Below are positions 55,834-64,000 of a DNA stretch of 64,000 bases, one piece after another; position 1 is the stretch's first letter; every line of letters starts with the position of its first letter. The notes under the pieces were generated by a model that worked only from the letters and a program-made list of their open reading frames with translations, did not search any database and was not told where the DNA came from. The DNA comes from Bacteroidales bacterium (GTDB lineage Bacteria > Bacteroidota > Bacteroidia > Bacteroidales > WCHB1-69). Position numbers and translations under genes: made by a program. Where the stretch lies: contig JAEETJ010000001.1 of the NCBI GenBank assembly GCA_016290295.1, positions 160,883-224,882 of the forward strand, written 5' to 3'.

Positions 55834-55872
55834 ATGTGAATATGCTAATGTGCCAATTTCGTTAATATATGT

Positions 55873-55967
55873 GTGCTGAAAGCACAACATCCTATTAACC
55901 CCACACAAGCACGATAGTGCACAGTGTGGGGTGATATGAATGAATGGTATGCGTGCGTAAGGCACGC
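55873..55967 (+). repeat. GC-rich H1-H2 module plus an extra hairpin, downstream of ftsW
   Basis: H1 is gtgct-gaa-agcac (55873-55885). H2 is ccccacac...gtgtgggg (55899-55931). An additional gcgtgc-gtaag-gcacgc hairpin lies at 55951-55967. Confidence 0.75.
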
Positions 55968-55999
55968 TACCCTCTTTTAGCAAATAAAAAAATTCCTGA

Positions 56000-56449
56000 T
56001 TATAACGATGACAAACCCAAGGCTACACCGGCAATTATAAAACCAATAATCAGCACGATATAAAAACAGAACAAAACAATGGTGAGTATTCCGCAGTATC
56101 TCCAAAACGACTTGTTATTCTTGAGGAATTCTGTCATTTGGACATTATCTTTGCTCTCAATGGCCAATCTGGCGGCAGCAGAGGCACGGAAAAGATATAT
56201 GATAGGATAGATATATACTGCCGCAATGATAAGATATATAAAACCTACCACACCCGTACCAACTCTACTCAATACGCCTAAGTCTTCAGCTAAAGGGATA
56301 AAACTTCCTACCGATATCAACAATAAAGCAGCCAAAACCATAAAACCTGCACCTATGCAGCCCAATATAGCAAAGAATTTCATCCATTTGCCCATGCTTG
56401 ATACATACAATTTAGACTCTTCCAAAAGCTGTAAATCTTTCTCTTCCAT
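56000..56449 (-). CDS. hypothetical membrane protein
   Basis: Four hydrophobic helices, with a -7 box 55 nt upstream. No recognisable motif. Confidence 0.55.
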   Translation of the reverse strand: MEEKDLQLLEESKLYVSSMGKWMKFFAILGCIGAGFMVLAALLLISVGSFIPLAEDLGVLSRVGTGVVGFIYLIIAAVYIYPIIYLFRASAAARLAIESKDNVQMTEFLKNNKSFWRYCGILTIVLFCFYIVLIIGFIIAGVALGLSSL

Positions 56450-56503
56450 AATTTTACAAATTAAATTAATAATAAGGATTGATTATTTTTTTGCAAACAT
56501 ACA

Positions 56504-56511
56504 TAATTTTT
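56504..56511 (-). promoter_or_regulatory. -7 box (tatgtttg) for the membrane protein gene 56000..56449
   Basis: Exact match to the consensus, 55 nt upstream of the ATG. Confidence 0.45.
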
Positions 56512-56727
56512 CCGAATCTTCGGAAATGATTTGTATTTTTTTTAAAAATTTCATGAAACGTCTCTACCACTACCCCGCCCTTCAGGCACCCGTTGGGGCT
56601 TCGCCCATTTCTCCTCCTCGCTCGACATAACCAAAGCAAGCTTTGCTTCTACACTCGCTCCTTCATCGAATCTTAAAGAAGGGGAATTATATGGCAAAAT
56701 ATATTTTGCCAATAGGAAAACTTTTTG

Positions 56728-56735
56728 TAAGTTTG
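56728..56735 (+). promoter_or_regulatory. -7 box (taagtttg) for the phosphoglucomutase/acyl-CoA synthetase operon
   Basis: Exact match to the consensus, 29 nt upstream of the ATG at 56764. Confidence 0.55.
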
Positions 56736-56763
56736 CAGATTAATAATTTTAATCTGATACACT

Positions 56764-58488
56764 ATGGATAAATATATTGAAGAACGCGTGGCGTTGTGGC
56801 TGAATGACGACTACGATGCCGACACCAAAGCCCAAATCAAGGACTACTTGCAAAACAACCCTGATGAGCTGACCGAGGCCTTCTACCGTGACCTGGAATT
56901 CGGCACGGGCGGATTGCGTGGCATTATGGGCGTGGGTACCAACCGCATGAACAAATACACGGTGGGCGCTGCCACCCAGGGACTGGCCAACTATCTGAAA
57001 CAGCAGTTCCCCAATCAGGAAATCAGCGTGGCCATTGCCTTCGACTCCCGCAACAACAGTGCCTATTTCGCCGACATCACCGCCGATGTGCTTTCCGCCA
57101 ACGGCATCACCTGCCATCTGTTTCCGGAACTGCGTCCCACCCCGGTGCTGTCCTTCGCCGTGCGTCACCTGCACTGCCAGTCGGGCGTGATGGTGACCGC
57201 CTCGCACAACCCGAAAGAATATAACGGATACAAGGTGTACTGGAACGATGGTGGCCAGTTAGTGCCCCCACACGACAAAAATGTCATTGCCGAAGTCAAC
57301 AAAATCAAATCGCTGCACGATACCAAATGGCAGCGCAATCCCGACAAAGTGCACATTATTGACAGCAGTCTGGACGAGGCTTACCTGAAGCTGGTTCACG
57401 GCCTGTCGTTGCATCCGGAAGCCATCGCTGCCCAGAAACAGCTGAAAATCATCTACACCCCGCTGCACGGCACCGGCATCACCATGGTGCCCAAAGCCTT
57501 GAAAATGTATGGTTTCGAAAACATCAGCATCGTCAAGGAGCAAGCTGTCAGCGACGGCAACTTCCCCACCGTGAAGTCACCCAACCCCGAAGAGAAAAGC
57601 GCCCTCATCATGTCTATCGCACAGGCAGAAGCTGAAAAAGCCGATTTGGTGTTAGCTACCGATCCCGATGCCGACCGTGTAGGTATCGCCGTACGCAACC
57701 TCAAGGGCGAAATGATACTGCTCAACGGCAATATGACCGGTTCACTGCTGGTACATTACCTGCTGTCACAGTGGAAAGCCCTCAACAAGCTCGATGGCAA
57801 ACAATTTGTCGTTAAAACTATTGTTACTACCGAATTAATCAAACGCATGGCTGATGCTTATCAGGTGCCATGCTATGATGTGCTTACGGGCTTCAAATAT
57901 ATTGCAGAAAAGATTAAAGAGAATGAAGGCAAGACGACCTTCATCGGTGGTGGCGAGGAAAGCTACGGCTACTTAGCTGGCGACTTTGTGAGAGACAAAG
58001 ATGCTGTCATTGCCTGCTGTCTCATCGCCGAAATGACCGCTTTCTATGCCAACCAAGGCAAGAGCCTGTACCAGATGTTGCTCGAAATCTACCATGAATA
58101 CGGTTACTACAAAGAAGATCTGCTTTCATTGACCAAGCAAGGCAAGAGTGGTGCTGAGGAAATCGCCGCCATGATGGTAAATTATAGAAATAATCCTCCA
58201 AAGGAAATTGGTGGACAGAAGGTTGTCCTCATGAAAGATATTCAGGCAGGCATCGCCTATCATTTGGACAAAGGCACGCAGGAACCCATTGCCCTGCCCA
58301 AGTCCAATGTGCTGCAGTTCTTCACGGCCGACGGCTCCAAAATCACCGTCCGTCCTTCCGGCACCGAACCCAAAATCAAGTTCTATTTCGGTGTGATAGG
58401 TCAGTTGCCCGACATCCAGCAATACGACGAGGCTAATGCCGCTATGCAGGCAAAGATTAAGGGGATTATTGAGGAGATGAAACTGTAG
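56764..58488 (+). CDS. phosphoglucomutase/phosphomannomutase family (phospho-sugar mutase)
   Basis: Active-site serine loop TASHNPKEYNGYK, metal loop ATDPDADR, sugar loop GGEESYG. Confidence 0.9.
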   Translation: MDKYIEERVALWLNDDYDADTKAQIKDYLQNNPDELTEAFYRDLEFGTGGLRGIMGVGTNRMNKYTVGAATQGLANYLKQQFPNQEISVAIAFDSRNNSAYFADITADVLSANGITCHLFPELRPTPVLSFAVRHLHCQSGVMVTASHNPKEYNGYKVYWNDGGQLVPPHDKNVIAEVNKIKSLHDTKWQRNPDKVHIIDSSLDEAYLKLVHGLSLHPEAIAAQKQLKIIYTPLHGTGITMVPKALKMYGFENISIVKEQAVSDGNFPTVKSPNPEEKSALIMSIAQAEAEKADLVLATDPDADRVGIAVRNLKGEMILLNGNMTGSLLVHYLLSQWKALNKLDGKQFVVKTIVTTELIKRMADAYQVPCYDVLTGFKYIAEKIKENEGKTTFIGGGEESYGYLAGDFVRDKDAVIACCLIAEMTAFYANQGKSLYQMLLEIYHEYGYYKEDLLSLTKQGKSGAEEIAAMMVNYRNNPPKEIGGQKVVLMKDIQAGIAYHLDKGTQEPIALPKSNVLQFFTADGSKITVRPSGTEPKIKFYFGVIGQLPDIQQYDEANAAMQAKIKGIIEEMKL

Positions 58489-58531
58489 AACCAATTAACA
58501 GTTAACAATTAATAATTAAGAGCTACTCAGA

Positions 58532-58588
58532 TTGCCTCGGAGAGGCAAAATTTCAATAACCCCACATAAGCGAAGCGCAGTGTGGGGG
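58532..58588 (+). repeat. GC-rich H1-H2 module in the phosphoglucomutase/acyl-CoA synthetase spacer
   Basis: H1 is ttgcctc-gga-gaggcaa (58532-58548), the spacer is aatttcaataa, and H2 is ccccaca...tgtgggg (58560-58588). Confidence 0.75.
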
Positions 58589-58621
58589 TTCGCAAATCAA
58601 CAACAAAAACAAACATACAAA

Positions 58622-60694
58622 ATGATCAACCCAAAACTCTTAAACCCCCAAAGCATCGTAGTGTGCGGTGCGTCAAGTGACATTCATAAACCCGGCGGAA
58701 AATCGCTGAAAAACCTCTTGGAGAGCCCCTTCAAGGGTCAGATTTACGCCGTCAACCCCAAAGAGACCGAAGTGCAAGGCGTGAAATGCTATGCTAAGGT
58801 CGATGATCTGCCGCAGGTCGATTGCGCCATCCTATGTATCGCCGCCAAGTTCTGTGCCCAGACCGTTGATGTGCTGGCCAAGGAAAAAGGCTGCCGAGGC
58901 TTCATTATCGTCAGTGCTGGCTTCTCAGAAGAAAGCCACGAAGGTGCTGAAATCGAGAAGCATATCGTAGATACCATCAACAGCGTGGGCGGCTCGCTCA
59001 TCGGTCCCAACTGCACCGGCTTCCTCAACGTAAACTATGCTGGCTGTTTCGACACCCCCATCCCTACCCTCGATCCCCATGGCGTCGATTTCATCACAGG
59101 TTCAGGCGCCACCGCCGTGTTCATCAAAGAGTACGGCATCAGCAACGGTCTGAAGTTTAACAGTGTGTGGGCAGTAGGTAACAGTGCCCAGTTAGGTATC
59201 GAAGATGTACTGGAGCACCTCGATGAGACCTTTGACCCCGAAAAATCAAGCCGTGTCATCATGCTCTACATGGAGAAAATTGGCGACCCACAGCGTTTAC
59301 TCAAGCATAGCCGCAGCCTTATCAACAAGGGCTGCCACATCGCCGCCATCAAGAGCGGTGGTAGTGCTGCCGGCTCACGTGCCGCTTCATCACACACAGG
59401 TGCTTTGGCCACCAACGATGCCGCTGTCGATGCCCTGTTCAGCAAGGCCGGCATCGTACGCTGCCACAACCGTCAGGAACTGACCACCGTGTGCGGCGTC
59501 TTCATGCACCCCGAAATCAAGGGCAAACGTTGCGCCGTGATCACCCATGCCGGCGGTCCCGCCGTAATGCTCACCGATGTGCTCAGCAATGGTGGCATGG
59601 AGGTACCTTCACTGAAGGACCATCCCGCCAGCCCCGCCCTGCTCGCCAAGCTTTTCGGTGGTTCTTCCGTAGGCAACCCCATCGACTTCCTCGCCACTGG
59701 CACCGCCGAACAGTTAGGTTATATCATCGACACCGTCGAGAACGAATACACAGATATCGACTTCTCCGTAGTTATCTTCGGCTCACCAGGATTGTTCAGC
59801 AACAAGGAGGTTTATGACCTGTTAGATGAGAAGATGAAAACCTGCAAGAAACCCATCTTCCCCGTGTTGCCTTCCATCATCAATGTGAAGGACGAAATCA
59901 ACGACTTCATTGCCAAAGGCCGCATCAACTTCCCCGAAGAGTGTGTGTTAGGCAATGCCATCTGCAAAGTATATAATACGCCCAAGCCACAACCCGAGCA
60001 TGTGGAACTGCCGCAAATCGATGTAGCCCGCATCCGCAAGACCATCGACAAATGCGGTGACGGCTACATGGAGATTGCCGACTACAACGAGCTTTTGGAT
60101 GCCGCTGGCATCAGCCGCAAGAAATCTGTGGAAGTATCAAAGAAAGAAGATGCTCTGGCCTTCGCCAAGGAGGTAGGTTGCAGCAAAGATGTTCCCCTCG
60201 TAATGAAGGTGGTCGGTCCACTGCACAAATCTGACGTAGGCGGCGTTACTTTGAACGTAAAGGACTTGGATACCGTAAGCAAGGAGTTTGACCGTCTGAT
60301 GGCCATTAAAGACACCTACGCGGTAGAAATGTATCCGATGTTGGACGGTACTGATGTTTATATCGGCGCCATTAAGGATGCCAAGTTCGGACATCAGATC
60401 TTCTTCGGTTTGGGTGGTATCTTCATCGAAGTGCTGAAGGATGTACAGAGTGCATTGGCACCCATCACCGCCGACGAGGCCAAGGTGATGCTCACCAAGT
60501 TGCGCGGCTACAAGATTCTGCAAGGTGTTCGTGGCCAGGAGCCCGTCAACATCGACCTGTATGCCGACCAGATTGCCCGTATCAGCGCATTGGTGCAGGC
60601 TGCTCCCGAGATTGCCGAGATGGACTTGAACCCACTCTTGGGCAACCCACGCTACGTCACTGCAGTGGATGCCCGCATAAGGTTAGAAAAATAA
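58622..60694 (+). CDS. ADP-forming acetyl/acyl-CoA synthetase family protein (CoA-binding + ATP-grasp fusion)
   Basis: N-terminal CoA-binding domain (IVVCGASSD..PGG, VNPK), a succinyl-CoA-synthetase-like middle domain, and a C-terminal ATP-grasp (VMKVVGPLHKSDVGGV). I start at MINPKLL, because the upstream part of the ORF is translated repeat DNA. Confidence 0.85.
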   Translation: MINPKLLNPQSIVVCGASSDIHKPGGKSLKNLLESPFKGQIYAVNPKETEVQGVKCYAKVDDLPQVDCAILCIAAKFCAQTVDVLAKEKGCRGFIIVSAGFSEESHEGAEIEKHIVDTINSVGGSLIGPNCTGFLNVNYAGCFDTPIPTLDPHGVDFITGSGATAVFIKEYGISNGLKFNSVWAVGNSAQLGIEDVLEHLDETFDPEKSSRVIMLYMEKIGDPQRLLKHSRSLINKGCHIAAIKSGGSAAGSRAASSHTGALATNDAAVDALFSKAGIVRCHNRQELTTVCGVFMHPEIKGKRCAVITHAGGPAVMLTDVLSNGGMEVPSLKDHPASPALLAKLFGGSSVGNPIDFLATGTAEQLGYIIDTVENEYTDIDFSVVIFGSPGLFSNKEVYDLLDEKMKTCKKPIFPVLPSIINVKDEINDFIAKGRINFPEECVLGNAICKVYNTPKPQPEHVELPQIDVARIRKTIDKCGDGYMEIADYNELLDAAGISRKKSVEVSKKEDALAFAKEVGCSKDVPLVMKVVGPLHKSDVGGVTLNVKDLDTVSKEFDRLMAIKDTYAVEMYPMLDGTDVYIGAIKDAKFGHQIFFGLGGIFIEVLKDVQSALAPITADEAKVMLTKLRGYKILQGVRGQEPVNIDLYADQIARISALVQAAPEIAEMDLNPLLGNPRYVTAVDARIRLEK

Positions 60695-60729
60695 TCTGGC
60701 ACAATAACTTATACTTTTAAGTTTAGCAC

Positions 60730-60772
60730 AAAAAAATCGGTGGATTGAAATCCAATCCACCGATTTTTTTTT
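60730..60772. terminator. bidirectional intrinsic terminator between the convergent acyl-CoA synthetase and surface-protein genes
   Basis: An A-run, then an 11-bp stem (atcggtggatt / aatccaccgat), then a T-run. Confidence 0.8.
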
Positions 60773-60790
60773 GATGTTGTTTTGCAACTT

Positions 60791-63700
60791 TTATTCATTC
60801 ACAATCAACACACATCTAATACTGAATCCATTGCAACGGCTATATTCTTTACCATTGTATATCTTCTCACAGATATAGTCAATCATAGCACCAGTAGCCG
60901 CATCATATACAGGATGACAAGACCAGAAGTATGCATTACCTGCTGCATTCTCATATCTGCCAGTTACGCAGTTGTAATAACCACCAGGAACAGCATTGAA
61001 ACCTGTGCTGTTAGTACCACTACCTTCAATCCAGAAATCAGTTGATCTCAAATCCTTGGCATTGAAACTTTCCAGTGTTTTGAGATCCTCATCGGTAGGC
61101 AAATACCAACCGTTGGGACATGCACCTTGAACATGTTTACCAGCAGCGTATGTAGCTTCGATATCGGCAATGCTATTGGTTGCTGTATCAACAGCTGCAT
61201 ACCAATCATACAAATAACCAAAATTAGCAACATTTTCTGTAGCATTGGGGAAATTCTCTGATACATAGCTCATCAGATTCGGAATTGTGTTACCATTGCT
61301 GCTGTATTTGGTTGACACCAGGTTTCTATCTGTCCAACATAAACAACCCACACGAACACCATTATAGGTATTACCTTCGCCATCATCCACAGAGGGACAT
61401 GGATAATGATAAATGTAGATAATCTGTTCACAAGTAACCTCATGTCCACATGTGTCAACAGCGGTCCAGATGATGGGGTTATAACCTATAGAGAATATGC
61501 TGTCAGGATAGTTGGTGGGGATATCATTATAAACAGTATCCAAAATATCCTCAGTAATTGCGGAGTTAGTGAAAGTGAATGTCGGGTAACCGAAATCTCT
61601 AATGATAGTGTCACAGCCCTGCATGATACCTTGTTTTACCGTATCAATTTTCATTGTGGTGTTACCATGGAGAGAGTCAATATGGACGATAACCGGGCTC
61701 ACCTCGATGGTTGCAGTAGCAGTAGCAGTACAAGCTTTAATATCTGTAACTGTCACACTAACGGTATAGGTATAATCAATATCGTCTGCTATAGCGGGAA
61801 CTTCAGTTGCTGCAGCATTCACATTGGTTGCGTCATCACCCCATGCATAGGTATAGTTACCTGGATCATTACCACCTTGAGCAGTAACGCTTGCGTCGAA
61901 TGAGCCGACACCCATCAACGGGCAAGGATTATTGGTAGGAACAGTCAAAGCCGTGATTTCCAATGTATCGGGCTGTGCGATGGTGAATGTACCAGTGATA
62001 AAATCTTTTTTCAGGACGTCGCTTAACTCAACATTGTATTTACCTGGTTTCAGGTTTTCAAATATATATTCTGTATCCATCAGGTTTTTCACGGTATCGT
62101 TTTGTGGAAGAACTGTGCTGGACAATACTATCATATAAGGAGCTTCACCACCAATAATCTTCACGGTATCGGTACCATTGTTCTCCCCGTAGCAAACCAC
62201 ATCGGTAGAATCCATGGTCATATCGAGGGTAAGGCGCCATACAGCGTACAAAGCAAGACTTGCGTTGGTACTATAAGTTTCACCTAAAGCGTAGTTGGTG
62301 CTACCTACAGCTTCATCGGGTGTGGTGTTCCAACGATAGAGAGTGCTGTCAGTTTTGGTGATAAGATAGTTGCCTGCACCATCGGTACCATCGGAAAGAG
62401 TGACATCAACACCAATCAACTTAATTTGGGGTGGAATAGTTCCTGTACCACCGTTAGCATTGTAAGAAATGGAATAACCTTCTCTCCAGATTGCATACAA
62501 GGTAGTATCGGAGATCAATACAATAGGATCTCCAGGATTGAAACTGATGCCTGTACTGTCAGCTTTGGTATTCCAAATGGCGAAAACATCGGTGGTCAGA
62601 GCAGGGAGGAAAGCACAATCAGCAACATCTTTGGTACGGTCAGATACAGATGCATCTACTCTCACATAGATAGTATCCATTGTGCCAGTACCACCGTTGG
62701 CATTGTATATAAGCGAGTACATTTGATAAACAGTGCAGTGCAGTGCATCGGGATCATTTTCGATAGCATAATAGCCAGGAGCACACCAGCTGTCCACTGT
62801 GGCCTTGGGCTCACTGAAAGTACCGCCAGTGAAGACGAAAGTACCAGTAGCAGCTGAAGTTTTGGAGATATTCCCTTCATAGAAGCCGCTTGTCACATTA
62901 ATAGTGCCTTTAGTAACTGAACTACCTTTGCCCATTACAAGAACGTCACCACCTTTTATGAACTCGTTGTTATCCAAATTAATGACCGCAGTAGATTCGC
63001 CATTTTCTCGTACAGCATATCCAGTAGCAATAGCAGCATCTGTAGTGAATTTACAGTTACTCACATTAAATGTTCCAGCACCACCACTGACATTAATGAA
63101 ACTCTCGCTTTTTGTGACAGTATCATTGGTGATGGTTGCACCTGTTGTCCCTGTAAACTGGGCCAAACTATGAAGGCTATCGCCCTTACAATTATTTATT
63201 GTCACATTGTATGCACCTGCACCTGAATTAACTCTTACTGCAACTTCCTCATAACCAGGTGCAGTACTACTGAAAACACAATTATCGAGTGTGATATTAT
63301 GGGCATAATTATATTTATTTGTATACCATGGTTTCCCCGCTGTTTTTGTGTTCGGAACCAAAACAAATGCATTATCATCAGCAGTGGTTGTGTAGAAATC
63401 CGTCTTCTGACCCACAAAGCGTACATTCTGGATGGTCAGTGTTTCAGTACCTGAAGCTCTACCATCACCATCAATGGCGATCTGTCCTACGATGGTGTCA
63501 TTACTACCTTCGATAGTAAGGTTCAAACTGGCCTTCTGATGTACGATAGCCACTTCTGTAATGTTCTTCAACAACTCAATAGTCACATCGCCTGTCATAT
63601 TAGCATGGGCAGAATCCAAAGCGGCCTGGAGAGAAGTATATTCCACAGAGCCTATTTTTGCCACCTTTGGCATAGGGCCTACTGTCCATGTCTCTGGAAC

Positions 63701-64000
63701 TGTGCCATTAGCATAAGCGGCATATCCAGGAGCACATTCCGGTGTCACATCACTTGAATAGGTTCCGCCAGTGATGGTAATGTCTGATGCATCTGTTGCA
63801 AAACCACCAATATAGGTTCCTGACGTAATGGCAACTGTTGTGCCCGTAGCGTTACCGTTTAATACAATGGCATTGGGTGCTTCAACATTATTGCCTGACA
63901 ACGTTACGCTCTTGACAGTTCCTCCCTTAATACGAATACCATAATCGTCATCAATGTCCATGGTATTATTTTCAATAATGAAATTACCAGTACCACCAGA
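60791..64000 (-). CDS. very large surface protein; 5' end outside the window. It has beta-helix-like repeats, Listeria-Bacteroides repeats, SprB-like repeats, and a C-terminal FISUMP (Fibrobacter succinogenes major paralogous) domain.
   Basis: The frame stays open from 63961 to 64000 (SGGTGNFIIENNT precedes the track's M). YSLIYNANGGTGTMDT and YSISYNANGGTGTIPPQ are List-Bact repeats. The C-terminal part (CWTDRNL..YLYDWYAA..CPNGWYLPTDEDLKTL..GFNAVPGGYY..YFWS..GFSIRCV) matches the FISUMP layout. Confidence 0.8.
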   Translation of the reverse strand, partial: SGGTGNFIIENNTMDIDDDYGIRIKGGTVKSVTLSGNNVEAPNAIVLNGNATGTTVAITSGTYIGGFATDASDITITGGTYSSDVTPECAPGYAAYANGTVPETWTVGPMPKVAKIGSVEYTSLQAALDSAHANMTGDVTIELLKNITEVAIVHQKASLNLTIEGSNDTIVGQIAIDGDGRASGTETLTIQNVRFVGQKTDFYTTTADDNAFVLVPNTKTAGKPWYTNKYNYAHNITLDNCVFSSTAPGYEEVAVRVNSGAGAYNVTINNCKGDSLHSLAQFTGTTGATITNDTVTKSESFINVSGGAGTFNVSNCKFTTDAAIATGYAVRENGESTAVINLDNNEFIKGGDVLVMGKGSSVTKGTINVTSGFYEGNISKTSAATGTFVFTGGTFSEPKATVDSWCAPGYYAIENDPDALHCTVYQMYSLIYNANGGTGTMDTIYVRVDASVSDRTKDVADCAFLPALTTDVFAIWNTKADSTGISFNPGDPIVLISDTTLYAIWREGYSISYNANGGTGTIPPQIKLIGVDVTLSDGTDGAGNYLITKTDSTLYRWNTTPDEAVGSTNYALGETYSTNASLALYAVWRLTLDMTMDSTDVVCYGENNGTDTVKIIGGEAPYMIVLSSTVLPQNDTVKNLMDTEYIFENLKPGKYNVELSDVLKKDFITGTFTIAQPDTLEITALTVPTNNPCPLMGVGSFDASVTAQGGNDPGNYTYAWGDDATNVNAAATEVPAIADDIDYTYTVSVTVTDIKACTATATATIEVSPVIVHIDSLHGNTTMKIDTVKQGIMQGCDTIIRDFGYPTFTFTNSAITEDILDTVYNDIPTNYPDSIFSIGYNPIIWTAVDTCGHEVTCEQIIYIYHYPCPSVDDGEGNTYNGVRVGCLCWTDRNLVSTKYSSNGNTIPNLMSYVSENFPNATENVANFGYLYDWYAAVDTATNSIADIEATYAAGKHVQGACPNGWYLPTDEDLKTLESFNAKDLRSTDFWIEGSGTNSTGFNAVPGGYYNCVTGRYENAAGNAYFWSCHPVYDAATGAMIDYICEKIYNGKEYSRCNGFSIRCVLIVNE

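Noticed and set aside
58532-58621. N-terminal 30 codons of the acyl-CoA synthetase track ORF (MPRRGKISITPHKRSAVWGF...).
   Set aside because: This is a translation of the H1-H2 hairpin module. The conserved CoA-binding N-terminus begins at MINPKLL (58622).
1-64000. Searched for an integrated mobile element, prophage, ICE, or a defence island other than hicAB.
   Set aside because: I recognised no integrase, transposase, relaxase, phage structural, restriction-modification, Cas, reverse transcriptase or nuclease-helicase defence genes in any frame. No tRNA gene or long direct repeats that could be att sites are present.

Overview
The window looks like a chromosomal, mostly housekeeping segment of a Bacteroidota genome. 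I infer Bacteroidales, Prevotella/Segatella-like, from three things: TAnnTTTG -7 promoter boxes in front of most operons, T9SS C-terminal sorting domains, and gene content such as DUF3098-uppP-truB, glsA/glsB-like lipid genes and a FISUMP-domain surface protein. I call about 52 protein genes. They include truB, uppP, ftsX, recG, uvrC, glnS, topA, nadB and engB, a moxR-DUF58 pair, and a hicA/hicB toxin-antitoxin pair. They also include a GH33 sialidase, M16/M14/M23 peptidases, azlCD, phosphoglucomutase, an ADP-forming acyl-CoA synthetase, and the 5' half of the dcw cluster (mraZ-rsmH-ftsL-ftsI-murE-mraY-murD'-ftsW). I found no rRNA, tRNA, CRISPR array, transposase, integrase or phage genes. The unusual signal is in the non-coding DNA: nearly every operon boundary, and several intra-operon spacers, is filled by a small set of recurring repeat families. 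(1) ATTAGCA(A/C)AT word arrays often sit directly upstream of -7 boxes and supply the -33 TTTG. (2) GGGGAGT-framed arrays of mini-hairpins keep self-complementary stems although the stem sequences differ between copies. (3) GC-rich tandem-hairpin modules (H1-H2-H3) always point the same way as the upstream gene. (4) Long imperfect hairpins are built from 7-8 nt periodic low-complexity words. One complete promoter+gene unit, a secreted EEP-family enzyme, is enclosed between ~170-bp inverted copies of families 1 and 2. The dcw cluster is also atypical: murD is reduced to a C-terminal-domain-only ORF, and the cluster stops after ftsW at a repeat-filled junction. All functional calls come from reading motifs in the translations; no database search was possible.
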